Assembly (NCBI RefSeq): GCF_022045235.1
Contig: NW_027266275.1
Span: 60,016,001 to 60,080,000, forward strand
Direction of reading: 5' to 3'
Origin: Haliotis cracherodii
Taxonomy: Eukaryota
Length of the DNA stretch: 64,000 bases
The translations under genes and the position numbers were made by a program. Positions 22,423-35,670 of the stretch are shown one piece after another. Position 1 is the first letter of the stretch, and every line of letters starts with the position of its first letter. The notes under the pieces were generated by a model. The model did no database searches, was not told where the DNA came from, and was given only the letters and a program-made list of their open reading frames with translations.

Positions 22423-25415
22423 CCTATTTCTGGAGCCACATATAGTTGTAGTTATACTTGTATACTGTACACTCACATATCCTCGGTTCATATGAGATAT
22501 GATCCAGAGGCTATTTCATCTGTCAGCTGCAAATAGATGGGACATTTTGAAACACATTTCTGTTATCTAAATGTCACATGATTCCGATGCACCTAACGAT
22601 TTGAGGTTGAAAAGAGCTACGGCAAGACATGTTTGTTCATAAATAATAATAATATAACTGTTATTACGCAAATGACTAGTTTATAATAAACGTATTATTG
22701 TTAAGTTTCAAGCCTAATATTAATTGATCATGTATCAGTATTTGATTGATGAAATCGTGTATTTGTAATCACCATAAAATATTCTCTTGTTTAGATTCAC
22801 GTTTAGTTCCAATAAAAGCGCCGAAAACATTTCCATAATCATAAGAAATCTCCACTAGTCTATTGTACGAGTGTATTATACGAATACGTATTATACTATA
22901 TTATAAGCACGTTTATATGAATCACTACCAAATAATGATGATACCAGGTATTCTGCCCCACCGATGACACCCGTTGATCCCGCCTTACGTTGATACCGAC
23001 ACAGATCTAGCACTATTATAATTGAGACCTCATAGGGATAGACTGTCATTAATGAGTAGCTCGCGATAAGGGTCATTCCCAGCACAAACCGACATACATT
23101 GGGTTTTTTCGAGGTCTCCATATTTACAATGATTGAACCCTTTATACCCTGAAGCCGTTTGTCTCAGACCATTGTGAAAATAACATCCATATGATACTCA
23201 AATACTCGGAGCCAACGCTAAGCATCAATGTCTGGACCTGTCAGTATTCAGTCTGTTATTATGGTATAAAGTGCACTCATGTCTTTCACATTCCAGTCAA
23301 AGGAAGCAGAATGGTCAATGCAAAGTCGGCGGCGTTAGTCTTCTGCTGCAATTCCAAATGCCAGTGAAATAAGACCTTGTGGACTCTAGTAGCTAATTAT
23401 CGTTTTTGAAAAATGGGTCACATAAAGGTGCGGATACCAGTTGGCCTCATGGAAATCGCTGTGTAATCATGTAACGTAAAGTTATCACTCGGTTAATCGT
23501 ACATCCTGCGAGTGTCGACTTCGAGAATGACAAGATGTGTTATCCAGTTTAAGTTGAACTTGTTAAGACTGAACAGCATAATGGGATTGCGATGCCAAAA
23601 GGTTTGTAGCCTATAGTGATTCATGAATGGGCCTTCACAACGAAAACTGTAAATGCCACATATAAAATATAACTGTAAAACACTTGCAAAAAAAGAATAT
23701 TTTCAAATAGCGAAATTCTCTCGATCTGGATTTCAAGAAGGATTATAAAACATATTGTGCATGTGTATGTGTGGAACGTTTATGTTTGTTTATCTCGTTT
23801 TGTTGTGGTTTACATAAACAAAGGCACATTCAAATTATCAGTATATTTGCATAATTGAATCGGCATCCGCGGATCCTCCACAACTCTTAAGGGATCCCAA
23901 AACGAATATCCGTATTTCCCATGACTGCTACTTTCCGGTCTATGCTCTTTCCACTTTGTCCACACCATTTTTGAGCCCTGGAACAATGTCTACAGGGAGA
24001 CGACGATTCAGACACTCATGAAACATGAATAGATATACGGCAATGTATATGATAAACGAGAAATGATTTTTATTTCATTTGGAAAATGTAAGATGTAATT
24101 CTCGTCTAGTCCATTTTTGTTGAATACAGCAATGTTTGAAACAGAACATATCTATCATTGGTTCCACGCTTTTTATAATGGGTTTGAAGCTTAAGTTTGA
24201 GAACAGACACGTACAAAGCAAGCATACATTAGGGCGAAGAGGACAATTTAACCCACAAATAATCCAGAAATGAATGTTTATCGGATTGTCCTGGTAAAAC
24301 GTAGAGGCTGATGATGACACTTTACATTAGACCTACGTTGATAGTCGCCAAGATAGGCCTTATTCACTTCGTTTCGGCAAAACCTACTTTCCCATTTCTT
24401 CAACCTGCTCTGGTGTTTCTGTATACACTAGCTGCATGCAGTTTCCTGTGCCTTGTATACTTTATCAGCTCGAGATACCGCGCGTGTAACCTTAGATGAT
24501 ACACAGACTTTTCTTATCCAGTCGCTGAGTTCCCAGGAACGTAACTCGAGGGTTAAAATGCGTTGAAATAATGAGCTTACTCTGACACTCTGACACTTCA
24601 AGAATGCAACCTAACACAAGAAAATTTAGCATAAACGTGAACAGAGATTCCATTTGCTTCTGACAAAGTTTATACGTAGATTGATATGTATATAGTAGAG
24701 GCAACAGTTCTTATGAGTACGAGGATGGTGAGAGAACCTTGGTATTGATGCTTGATCAGAGCCCATTGGTAATTTAAACAAGGAGTTATTTCAATTCACC
24801 AAAGGGAATAATACTTCTTTGTAGAGATCATGACGTTGTTCCATTATACGATACCGACAGACCAACTCCATTGTATTATGCGGAAGGTCGACCCCCTGCC
24901 CGCGTCATACTAGAAGACGTTAAAAGATGGTACTTGATGTTACCCTGGCTGCCTCTCGCTTTTTACCATTCACCGAGACAGAATAAACCGGCTGAGTGGG
25001 GAATTATCCATATTAAACTGAGGCGTGCGGCGTGCTATTTCAGTAGGCTAGGAATATATAACTGTACAAGTACAACAGTCACAAATACGTGCATTGACCG
25101 AGACGTGATACCAAAGTTCCCATCACTACATACTGGCAGTCCATTCAAAACACAACCATTCATCAATATATGGGATGCATCAATATGGTCACGTTACATC
25201 GAATTTCATTTATTCTATTTCCTTACTCTTCATACTGTTACAATTATATATTTACATGTACACAAGGATATTGATCAAGATTAAGTTCCGTTATTTCACC
25301 TCAACCATTTTTTCTCAGATAATTCCATGAAGTTTATATATATATGCTTAGCCAGAACCTATGCTTGACACACAAACGTTTACTGGCACCCCAGTGTTAT
25401 TGAATTATCACTCAC

Positions 25416-26108
25416 CTTTTTTTTCGCAGCGGCCAACTGTAATCGGCGTTTGTTCCCCTCGTCGCTTTTGAAGTTCTTTACCCAGATGTTGTAGCCGATT
25501 TTGGAGTATGAAAATATCAGAATCACAAGGGGTCCAAAATATTGTAATACCATCAATGCCACACTGTATGTATATTTCTTTGAATGATCTTCCCAAACCT
25601 CAAAACACTGCCCACTTGTATTTGAATAGTAAACGAGTTTTGAATTCAAGAATATAGGTAGCGGTATCGCCAACGATACAGTCCAAATTGCCGTTATCAC
25701 AAAGACTGTTTTTCTCGGTGTGATTCTTTTAAGGAAAGGGTGCACTATCACAATATAACGATCCAGGCTCATGGCAACAAGCGTGTAAGAACTGAGCACC
25801 ACAGTCACTCCCTGTATATATTGAAGCACCGGGCACATTACAGCAGGAAATGGCCAGTAGTTTTTCAAATTAACAGCAGCAGTGAAAGGTATGCAAAACA
25901 CCGCTAAGAGTAAATCACTGACAGCCAAATTAACAATGAAATAGTTAGGAACTGTGTGCATCCGCTTGTAAGCAAACACTAAGTAGCAAACAACACCGTT
26001 CCCACCAATTGCTGTGATAGTAATAATCGAGTACATTATGATGAGAATGATCTCCATATACTCCGAGATTTTCCAAGGAAACTGATCTTGTAGGTCTGTA
26101 TCGTTCAT
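25416..26108 (-). CDS. Rhodopsin-like neuropeptide GPCR, luqin/RYamide receptor-like, first coding exon (N-terminus to ICL3)
   Basis: GGNGVV (TM1), NYFIVNLAVSD (TM2), YWPF..MC (ECL1), SYTLVAMSLDRY (TM3), W in TM4, C.E.W (ECL2), LQYFGPL (TM5). Ends AAAKKK at a phase-0 donor AAG|GTGAGT (intron begins 25415). N-glycosylation sequon NDT at the start. TM6-TM7 exons not located. Confidence 0.93.
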
Positions 26109-26170
26109 TCTTTATTACTCCTTAGCGGTTCAATGAATAATGGGTCCCAAGAGCCGAGAATAATGTCCAT
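26105..26170 (-). promoter_or_regulatory. Upstream ORF (MDIILGSWDPLFIEPLRSNKE*) overlapping the GPCR start as ATGA
   Basis: ATG at 26170, 21 codons, TGA at 26107-26105 overlapping the main ATG at 26108-26106. Confidence 0.5.
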
Positions 26171-27209
26171 CTCCCTGACTCTACCTCGGCGGTAGAGAGT
26201 CGGCTTGCCTCTGGCTTCTATCGCTCCCGCTTACACCTGCGCCAGGATCAGTCAATAATGTTACCACAGTCCTCCGCTTGGAAAACCCACTGGCCGATTC
26301 GTTCACAGATATACGTGACTCTTCCTTATCAAGGGGTATCCATTGTGCCCCGGGTATCGAAACGACAGACGGGACTTCCAGCGACTGTGTTCTTTATACA
26401 GTGCCTTTCAGTGTATGTTTCCTTTCATGACGGCTCGAAGTCGCAAGGAAGTCGTAATTGCCAGATTAAGGCTCGGTGTCTGTTGATGCACATTAAGATA
26501 TGAGGGACGTTCCACGTGTCAAGAGAATGGAATGTTGAAAAAGAGTTCCAAGTGCAAAATTAAAAGTACATATCGACAAAAAGTAATAATGTTATCTTTC
26601 CAAAGTTCAAAAACGTATTTTAATGTGTATCAGTGAAGACATAGAGGAATATATAAACGGATACGAAATTCATGTTACATCGATCTTCTTCATCGCTCAC
26701 GAGGTGAGGTTAATGAGGTTTATTTAACGTCGCGCTCAAGATTATTGCACTTATATGGCGACGTGCATGCACGTGCTTGTGTGTTAGTGTGTTCTTGTAA
26801 ATGTACTAGTCCGGACTAATGCCAGCTCACTGAGATACCATGCCGCAGTTTATCATGAATACCCCACTCAGACACAGTATATACTGTATCCGAGCCAACG
26901 AGTCGTCGTTTTATCCCTTTGATGCTGAGCGCCAGGCAGGGTAACAACAAGTACAATATTTTAACGTCTTTTGGTTTGACATGGATCGAACCCACGACCT
27001 TCCACTCTAGACAGACGCTCTATCCACCAGACAAGGCGGTCCCCGATATTGTGACAAGTTCACCGAGGGGACGTTTTACCACTAGACCACCAAGGCGGTT
27101 CATCGCTCATTAATGTATGTGAATCACAGCGTAAGTCCATATTATGATGAAACAAATCGTCGAAAAGTTTTTGATTACATAATATTTCTACTTAGTTCTC
27201 TTCTAAGTC

Positions 27210-27480
27210 GCTGTATCATACGCCATATCAGCCGAGTATGAAAGGACGTCACATTACATCTTGATAATAACAAACAGACTTTTTACAAGCAACAAAACAC
27301 TTTCCATAATCACAAGAAATCACGATCCCAACTATATCAAGAGCAATTGTTTATGAATAACTATCAGATAGTGATGATACCAGCTGTTTGGGAAAAGGCG
27401 ACCGTATCCTGCCCCACCGGCTGCATTCATCACAAACACGTGAAAAGGCAGGTCAAGTCTTCACCTGAACAACCCACAAA
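27210..27480 (-). mobile_element. Penelope-like element 3' UTR fragment
   Basis: Colinear with about 18915-19160 (atatcagccgag..catcttgat..tttccata..cacaagaaat..cctgccccacc..cacaaacac). Shorter copies at about 2095-2210, 3770-3950, 22905-22990, 58370-58540, 59005-59060 and 61120-61190. Confidence 0.7.
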
Positions 27481-27620
27481 AAGGGCACCAAATAAGTATT
27501 AGTGAATCTAAAATGCCGTTACACCTCTAGTGCTGAAAGAGCTGCGGAGTAGCCTGGTGGGTAAAACGTTCACACCGCACTCCAAAGACACGGGTTCGAT
27601 TCCCCACATGGGTACAATAT

Positions 27621-27661
27621 CTCTCTCTCTCTCTTGAGTTATATTACTCAAGGAGTGATTC

Positions 27662-27719
<58 letters not shown>
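27621..27719 (+). repeat. (CT)n microsatellites following a truncated tRNA-SINE head (about 27540-27620)
   Basis: Visible in sequence. The head has gtagcctggtgggtaaa and ggttcgattccc A/B-box-like motifs. Confidence 0.9.
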
Positions 27720-27724
<5 letters not shown>

Positions 27725-28685
27725 AGTTATTCACTTAACACAAAATGTATGGTATATGTATATTGGTAAACAAAGTTGTAAGTTTCTTATGCAACTGGAA
27801 ATAATTATTCAATTTACCAATTCTGACATTTAGTATTATTTGTTTTCACGGAAGCGTTTCCAAGTGGTATGATCTATGTTAGCGAGTTTGATGCAACGCT
27901 GCTTTGACAAATGCACGTCCTATATTTTCTGACGTGATTGTTAATCAGTGTTGCTATATACCACAGGTGGTCCAGTCGATTAAAGTGCCGGAACTCGCTC
28001 AGTAGAGTTGTATCCCTTGGGCGTGGCTGAATAATGAATATGGTTCTTTATTTGTCAGAACCATATCCGTGCTCGCGGATTTCACCTCACTGCCCCCTCC
28101 CTCATACAGTTGAAGAGCACATATAATGAAGTGGGATAGCTTGCGGTAGCCTGAGGTTTATTTTATGTTTTTAAATTATTTCTGAAATATGACAATTTCA
28201 CCCTACCAGACATGACGTTTCCATTGCTTTATAACAACATAAACACATTTATGATAAAGTCACTAAGTTTTAATTATAAGATACATCACTGTGGAAGTAG
28301 ATGGCATGGCATCATATCATTTTCATATTTTGAAGCGAAATATTTAATGATAAATTATTATCCTTGTCTCACATATAGTTTTGTCAAACTTTATGACATA
28401 TCAATACTTTCTGTAATTAATGGCAATGTACGCGTTCCAAAGCTCTAACTTTTTAGTTTGATATATATTTTGATTTTATATATTTAAAATGCCACCATTA
28501 TTGTCAGGTTCCAAGCCCGCGTACTATCCCTACTGTGTGAGATGACACATGCCGAGTTCATGTTTATATCACGTTTGTCGGACTTATGTCTGCACTGTGA
28601 GGGAGTGAGTTTGGTGTTAAGACGCTTTAACCACCAGGCTACTCAACCGACCCGGAATTGTATGGGGCTCAACTTATGAGCACGT

Positions 28686-30160
28686 GTATGTGGCTGGACA
28701 TATGTTTGCACTTGTATGTAGCTATAGTTTATGACTAGTTGTATGTGTCTGGACTGATGTTTGCACTTGTATGTAGCTATAGTTTATGAGTAGTTGTATG
28801 TGGCTAAACGTACATGTATGTGTACCTCTATGCGTCTGGACTGATGTTTGCACTTGTATGTGGCTAAACGTACATGTATGTGTACCTCTATGTGGCTGGA
28901 CTGATGTTTGCACTTGTATGTGGCTATAGTTTATGAGTAGTTGTATGTGTCTGGACTGATGTTTGCACTAGTATGTGGCTAAACGTATGTGTACCTCTAT
29001 GTGTCTGGACTGATGTTTGCACTTGTATGTGGCTAAACGTATGTGTACCTCTATGCGTCTGGACTGATGTTTGCACTTGTATGTGGCTAAACGTATGTGT
29101 ACCTCCATGTGTCTGGACTGATGTTTGCATTTGTATGTGGCTATAGTTTATGAGTAGTTGTATGTGTCTAGACTGATGTTTGCACTTGTATGTGGCTAAA
29201 CGTATGTGTACCTCTATGTGGCTGGACTGATGTTTGCACTTGTATGTGGCTAAATATATGTGTACCTCTATGTGGCTGGACTGATGTTTGCACTTGTATG
29301 TTTTCATAGACGTATGTGTACCTCTATGTGGCTGGACTGATGTTTGTATTTGTATGTGGCTATAGTTTATGAGTAGTTGTATGTGTCTGGACTGATGTTT
29401 GCACTTGTATGTGGCTAAACGTATGTCTACCTCTATGTGGCTGGACTGATGTTTGCATTTGTATGTGGCTAAACGTATGTGTACCTCTATGTGGCCGGAC
29501 TGATGTTTGCACTTGTTTGTTGCTAAACGTATGTGTACCTCTATGTGTCTGGACTGATGTTTGCACTTATATGTGGCTATAGTTTATGAGTAGTTGTATG
29601 TGTCTAGACTGATGTTTGCACTTGTATGTGGCTAAATGTATGTGTACATCTATGTGTCTGGACTGATGTTTGCACTTGTATGTGGCTAAACATATGTGTA
29701 CCTCTATGTGGCTGGACTGATGTTTGCACTTGTATGTTTTCATAAACGTATGTGTACCTCTATGTGTCTGGACTGATGTTTGCACTTGTATGTGGCTAAA
29801 CGTATGTGTACCTCTATCTGGCTGGACTGATGTTTGCATTTGTATGTGGCTAAACGTATGTGTACCTCTATGTGGCCGGACTGATGTTTGCACGTGTATG
29901 TTGCTAAACGTATGTGTACCTCTATGTGTCTGGACTGATGTTTGCATTTGTATGTGGCTATGGTTTATGAGTAGTTGTATGTGTCTAGACTGATGTTTGC
30001 ACTTGTATGTGGCTATAGTTTGTGAGTAGTTGTATGTGTCTGGACTGATGTTTGCACTTGTATGTGGCTAAACGTATGTGTACCTCTATGTGGCTGAACT
30101 GATGTTTGCATTTGTATGTGGCTAAACGTATGTGTACCTCTATGTGGCTGGACTGATGCA
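28686..30160 (+). repeat. Composite minisatellite, 54/55-bp units, ~27 copies, with higher-order structure
   Basis: Constant block tatgtg(t/g)ctggactgatgtttgcacttgtatgtggcta alternates with either aacgtatgtgtacctc (A unit, 54 bp) or tagtttatgagtagttg (B unit, 55 bp). Confidence 0.95.
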
Positions 30161-33100
30161 TTTGGCTACGCAGATCCTTATTGCATGAACGCAGCAGACT
30201 GACCATTGGCAGACTACTTCTGCGATATCATGACTACCAGGGACACAATGAACAGGCGACGAAGCGGAAGGCCACCCCACAAAGGACCACCATCTGTGCA
30301 CATTACATCGTCAAGACGATTATCTGCTGCAGGGCTTCGGGTCTACAGTCATTACCGCGGAAACGCGGAAACGTCGGCGAATTAGATGTCAATGGTCTCA
30401 AACTGATTGGTCGAGAACGGGTTCAACTTGTTTCATCGTGGTGGTCGGATGCGAGCGTATCGGCGAAGAGGTGATCGGTTAGAATGCATCCAAGAGTGTT
30501 GCCCCATTTTCGAAGCGGTGGCGTCATGATGTAAGCAGGATTTGTAGTGGAAGAAAGACACATCTTGTCGTTCTCCTTGGAAATTTAAACACCCAACGTT
30601 ACAGGGATATCACTCTGCAGCATCCAGTTATCTTCCCTTTGTCAAAAGACAGCCACAAGGGATAAGAAAATCCAGGACTTGCTCAACGTCTTTAACGTAA
30701 CCCGTGTTGCCTGACGCTCACACGACCCCTCATCGATAAACCATCTCTCGGATCATGCAGGTCGACATATTGTGACGAGGTGAGGATTGAAGGACTGCCC
30801 CTTGTATTATTATGGGTTTCGTATGTTAATTGTTTAATTCCCTTTATGGTTTTAGTTACCTTTTACGCCGTAACGAAGTGACAACTTGGACCATTAGTGT
30901 ATATAAAACAGTTTTCCTAAAGTGCAAACACTGCATCTTTCATGATGATCTTATTATTCATATTAGTTTAAATACTGATCCGTAGAACAGGTTTGATGTG
31001 TGTCAACAAACACACTTAATAGCCTTGGCTGGCTTCCTACCACCAACCGAGCGGAGGCCACCTGCTTCGACGTCCGCTTGATGTAAACATAGCTCATGCT
31101 GTATTTCCTCTGGGAGAGAAGTCCCCAACTTGATCGTACGCTCTTGCCGGTGTCCCCGACCCAAGATCGGAGGCTGGAGTCGCTGTCCAGTTGTGAAGAC
31201 AGAAGCTGGCTACGTAACGGGTTGTTTTCATCATCTGGAAAGGGACGGTTATGATCCCATGAGGCCAGTTAATTTTGACTGCTGTTTGTTAATTCATACC
31301 GAGTACCATGAAAGTGCCTTGTACATGTAGTGGAAAGAAGCTTCACCTTGATATGCCACAAAGAGAACCAACAGTCTCATATTTTAACAGAAAATACTGC
31401 ATATTCAAAATGATATTCTGATTGAATAGAACCGGATAAAATTATATATACGCGGTGTTTATTCATTGGTTTTTAATCCTCAATATTTATGCAGAAAATT
31501 TGTAAATGCATTAATTTGTAATGCTGACAACAAGGCTGAAGATGCTTTTTTGGGTGTACTGTTAACCTGTTCACTTCTTATCCAGGTGAGCTACAGTCGT
31601 ATGATATGGCACTATTTCTGATATTCAAAATCGTGTCCTTGACCAGATGAAATGGCAATAGCTGCAATATAACATCTGTCATGTGTCAAGAAATAAGTAC
31701 ATATATATATATATACTATTACTAATGTGTTTATCAGAGCCATCATGGACTTGCTGCTATTCAGAACATTAATGTAATTCGGTGTTGTGTTCCATCGACT
31801 CTGTGGGACCACATAACGCAAACTCGGTAAAAATATAGAAAACGATCCTGCACGCACTATTTCAGTTCGAGGGTTCGTTGTTATTTTCAGTTTCAAAGCA
31901 AAGCGTTATTGGAAACTCTAAAACATCACATCGATAATTACAAATTGGCGACCATCACATTTAAACGCGATCTTAATTTCAAGGTACATGTGAATCCTTT
32001 TGTAGATGTGATTGTTTGAACTGATTCTTGTTTGGAAATGGTGCATTAACATAGTTTTACCGTTGACAGGTAGCTTGGGCAATTTCGAAAACAACACTTA
32101 CAAATATTGAAGAGATAATTATTTCTAAGTTTAATGGAATGTGAACCTATTTTGTTAATAGAACCTTGTATGGGAACCTTTGCGCCCAGGGTGGTAATTG
32201 TTAAGTTAAATTAAGTTAAATTCATTTCTGGGAATGCATTTTAATAATTAGTGTAACAAATTGAGAAACCGTCTGAGATTACATGGTGTGGTATATATAT
32301 ATCTCATGTAAATGATCTTACCAGTCGTTCATTGGACATAACGGTCGTACACTAATGTCCCTATTGGGACGATAAAGTAACAGTAAGTTTTGGATTACAG
32401 TAACAAAATCCTTAATGTCACATATTGCCTCGAAGCATTAGTAATGTGACATCTGATATTGTATCCTTACTGTATGTTAGGCTCTTTATTGATTGTTTAC
32501 TGAAGAATAATGGCATTTGTTCTTGATTAATAAACTAACTGTCCATCTGAAAAAAATATTTCATGAGAATGTAAATATTTTAAAACAAACTCAAAATTAC
32601 AACAGCCTAACCAAGAATTTGAAAAGTTCTCTCATTATCTTCAAGAAACTTGAAAAATGAATAATGTCGACACTTGAACTGGGCGCCGTGCGAACTCGGC
32701 CCTTGCAGTATCGAAAGGCAAACCCTTCATGGAGGGTGTAACAAGATCAGAGGTTACACGCACTAGCATCTGTTTTGCCGGTGGCGAGTGAAGGGTGCTG
32801 AGGGACAATTCACTCTTGGGCGTTCAGGGACTGCAACTTGATGCTGTTGTCTTATAAGGCCAAAGGTAAGATCCTCAGGACGACAACTGCACGAGAGGCA
32901 TGTGGGTTGTAGACGAGGTAATGCGTGGTCTGGCCGTTTTACCTTATTACGAATATGATCAACATTGAAAACCAACGCAAGTTGGATCTGGGAGCTGAGC
33001 ACTAATCACCCAGTTAGGAGTTCACAATAAAGTGTTGAGGACCTGCAGACGAACTTATGTTGTGAATTAAAGAAATATCCCCACATACTTCGGAGGTAAC

Positions 33101-33424
33101 ATGCTGTGACTAAATGTCATTGTATGGTTAATGTAACTTTATACTCAACAGGCTTTACAAGATTTCTTTGTAAAAACTCAACGGCAAAACGCAATCCTAA
33201 AATAACACAAAGAGGCTGCGTACACGACGAAAGTGGTTTCAATTACTCCAGTGAAACTATGCGGATGTAAGTCACTTTGAAATGTACATGAAAAACGTCA
33301 ACCCCAGAGAATAACCAGTCTTCAATATATCTCGACGAAACAGCCATTTGGCGTAAAAAGCAAAATAGCGAGTCCACTGTATGATTCAGACTATACCATA
33401 AGCATATGTGTTTAGGTGCTTTGC

Positions 33425-33750
33425 GTATCGATGAACGTATCCTGCCTCACCGTTGGCAACCGCCACAAACACATGCAAAGGCATGTAAGTGTTCATATGA
33501 ACTAAGAAGGAAAACATATGGTACAAGTCAAAATAGGAAATGGATCGGATATCACTTTTGTCACTGGTGCTTCAGGTATGGAAATGTCCTGTACGTGTCC
33601 GCCATCAAACATTTTGAAAGCTTTACTAAGGCCTTGTATGATGTAATCCCATTCAAACAACATTTGAGCAAGAGTCCTAGTACACGCTTTGAAGGGAAAG
33701 TTAACTGTTTGAAGTTGAAGACACCATCCCTCTTACCAAACATCTTGTGT
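33425..33750 (-). mobile_element. Penelope-like element 3' fragment
   Basis: Minus-strand KRDGVFNF..FP motif followed by the same UTR motif (gcatgtgtttgtggcggttgccaacggtgaggcaggatacg). Confidence 0.65.
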
Positions 33751-34361
33751 AAAAATGAGACCGTTTCACTGCTCTCATTTATTTTATGTTCAGATGGTTA
33801 AATCAGTGAAAGGGAATTGTCATTTTGACCAAATTGAACGAGATCAGATCATCGATATGCCTGAAGCTAAAGTTAAACATCGTGACCAGGTTCCCCTGTC
33901 AGCATTTTACCAGTCCGAGCTGAAATTTTATTCATACGAATAAAACAAAACAGTAATGGAACATTTTGTGACATACACATGTACATTGTTATGAAGAAAA
34001 TATATTACGGTATACATTGTGGAGCATAAATGACATTTTATATACATTTACATATTTCATTGTATACTTACACAAGTATTATAATTGACTATTTGACCTA
34101 AAGTGAATATGTGCAGCGTAGTACCAACAATGATATTCGACACACGTGTGGATCATGAAGAATTCAGACCGTTCAGATTAGAGAAACGCTCCATACGATG
34201 TTCCCCAGCGTACCTGTACATGCCAAACAACAATTTAAAGGACACAAGTATTGAACGCTTATCACATATCTCCGTTGAGGCGTATGAAAAAAACGCAATG
34301 GAATAAATTTAAAGTCCCTTATTCCTGCACATTCTAGGTTGTGTTCATATTTGTTTGTTTC

Positions 34362-34644
34362 ATAGTTTGTTTGTTTTTTGCTTAACGCCGGGCTCATCAA
34401 TATTCGAGCTATATGACGGCGGTCTGTACATTATCGAGTATGGACCAGACAATCCAGTGATTGACACCATCAGCATCGATCCACGCAATTGAGACACGAT
34501 GTCATGCATCAATCAAGTCAGCGAGCCTGACCATCCGATCCCGTTAGTCGCTTCTTTACGACAAGCATAATCTCAAGCAATTTGTGCAATTGTATGACAA
34601 GCATGGGTTTCTGAAGACCTATTATGACCCAGATTCTCACGGGT
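34362..34644 (-). mobile_element. SINE family B copy
   Basis: Colinear with 22154-22422; same 5' start acccgtga. Confidence 0.85.
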
Positions 34645-35074
34645 GGTTGTTTTCACAAAACTGCGCAACGAGTGTACTTGTACCTCACCTTCAGTCCAGT
34701 GGAGTTAGTGATATATATAGCCGTGCTCGTTGGCTTCATTCAAGAAGTAATTGTCTGAGATCTGTGTCACTTTAGGCTTTTCCTCCAACATTCAAAACGA
34801 ACCACATGTACGCAAGAACTTTACAGCCAAATCAAATCATTCAAACGTCACATCTTCTGATGTTGATCAAGAAAGTATAGTATAGGTTACCCTAGTTGCA
34901 CAGAGATAATACCCCGTTTGAGCATGAATCAGTCGGTGCGTGAATTATGACCAATACTGGATAAAGGTGTGAAACCCTCTTCTTTTGGTCCCTTCTACAT
35001 CCCGGAATCGAGTTGTGAGACGTGGACAGGAACGCAACCAGCAGTCTACCACGGCACAGAAAAGATGTGGATGC

Positions 35075-35076
<2 letters not shown>

Positions 35077-35123
<47 letters not shown>

Positions 35124-35148
35124 TATATATATATATATATATATATAT
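35077..35148 (+). repeat. (CA)n followed by (TA)n compound microsatellite
   Basis: Visible in sequence. Confidence 0.97.
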
Positions 35149-35504
35149 AAAGTGAGTGACCTTGACAAAGACAAAGACACATTACTTGCTACTAGCGTAC
35201 ACAGCATGTTTACTCCCAATAAACACGGTCATAGCAATAGGTAAGTGCTGTATGATGTTACCACTTGAGTAAATACTACAAAGACAACTTTCAAGTTAGA
35301 ATTAGAATTGTAACCTATTTGCAAGTGTCTTTCTTCAGCTTATAAAGAACATCATAAATTTATCTGAAATCGCCCCGTGTAACAAACTGTACAAAACAAT
35401 TAAATCGTTGTTACTATAACATCTACTTGTATCTGTATCCGTTCAGTTGGTTTTTATTTAAACTTGCTTTATCAAATTTAAACCTGTAAGATTGTTATGT
35501 GTAA

Positions 35505-35670
35505 AGTGAGTAAGTATAGTTTAACGCCGCTTTTAGCAATATTCCAGCAATATCACGGCGGGGGACACCAGAAATGGGCTACACACATAATACCCATTTT
35601 GGAAATTGAACACGTGTCTTCTGCGTGACGAGCGAACGCTTTAACCACTTGGCTACCTCACCACCCCCGT
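35505..35670 (-). mobile_element. tRNA-derived SINE family A copy
   Basis: Minus strand: A box gtagccaagtggttaaagcg, B-box-like gttcaattt, tail gctggaatattgctaaaagcggcgttaaac. Confidence 0.85.

Noticed and set aside
25380-25415. ORF-track C-terminus VSDNSITLGCQ of the GPCR
   Set aside because: It is read-through past a consensus GTGAGT donor; the receptor needs further exons for TM6-TM7.
28686-30160. CRISPR-like repeat/spacer appearance, and His/Thr/Gln-rich ORFs over the array
   Set aside because: The spacer-like blocks are only two or three recurring sequences, there are no cas genes, and the context is eukaryotic. The ORFs are by-products of the 54-bp unit.
30170-30780. Possible DIRS/gypsy remnant (GC-richer, faint RNase H- or recombinase-like words on the minus strand)
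   Set aside because: Motifs are too degraded to support without a translated search.
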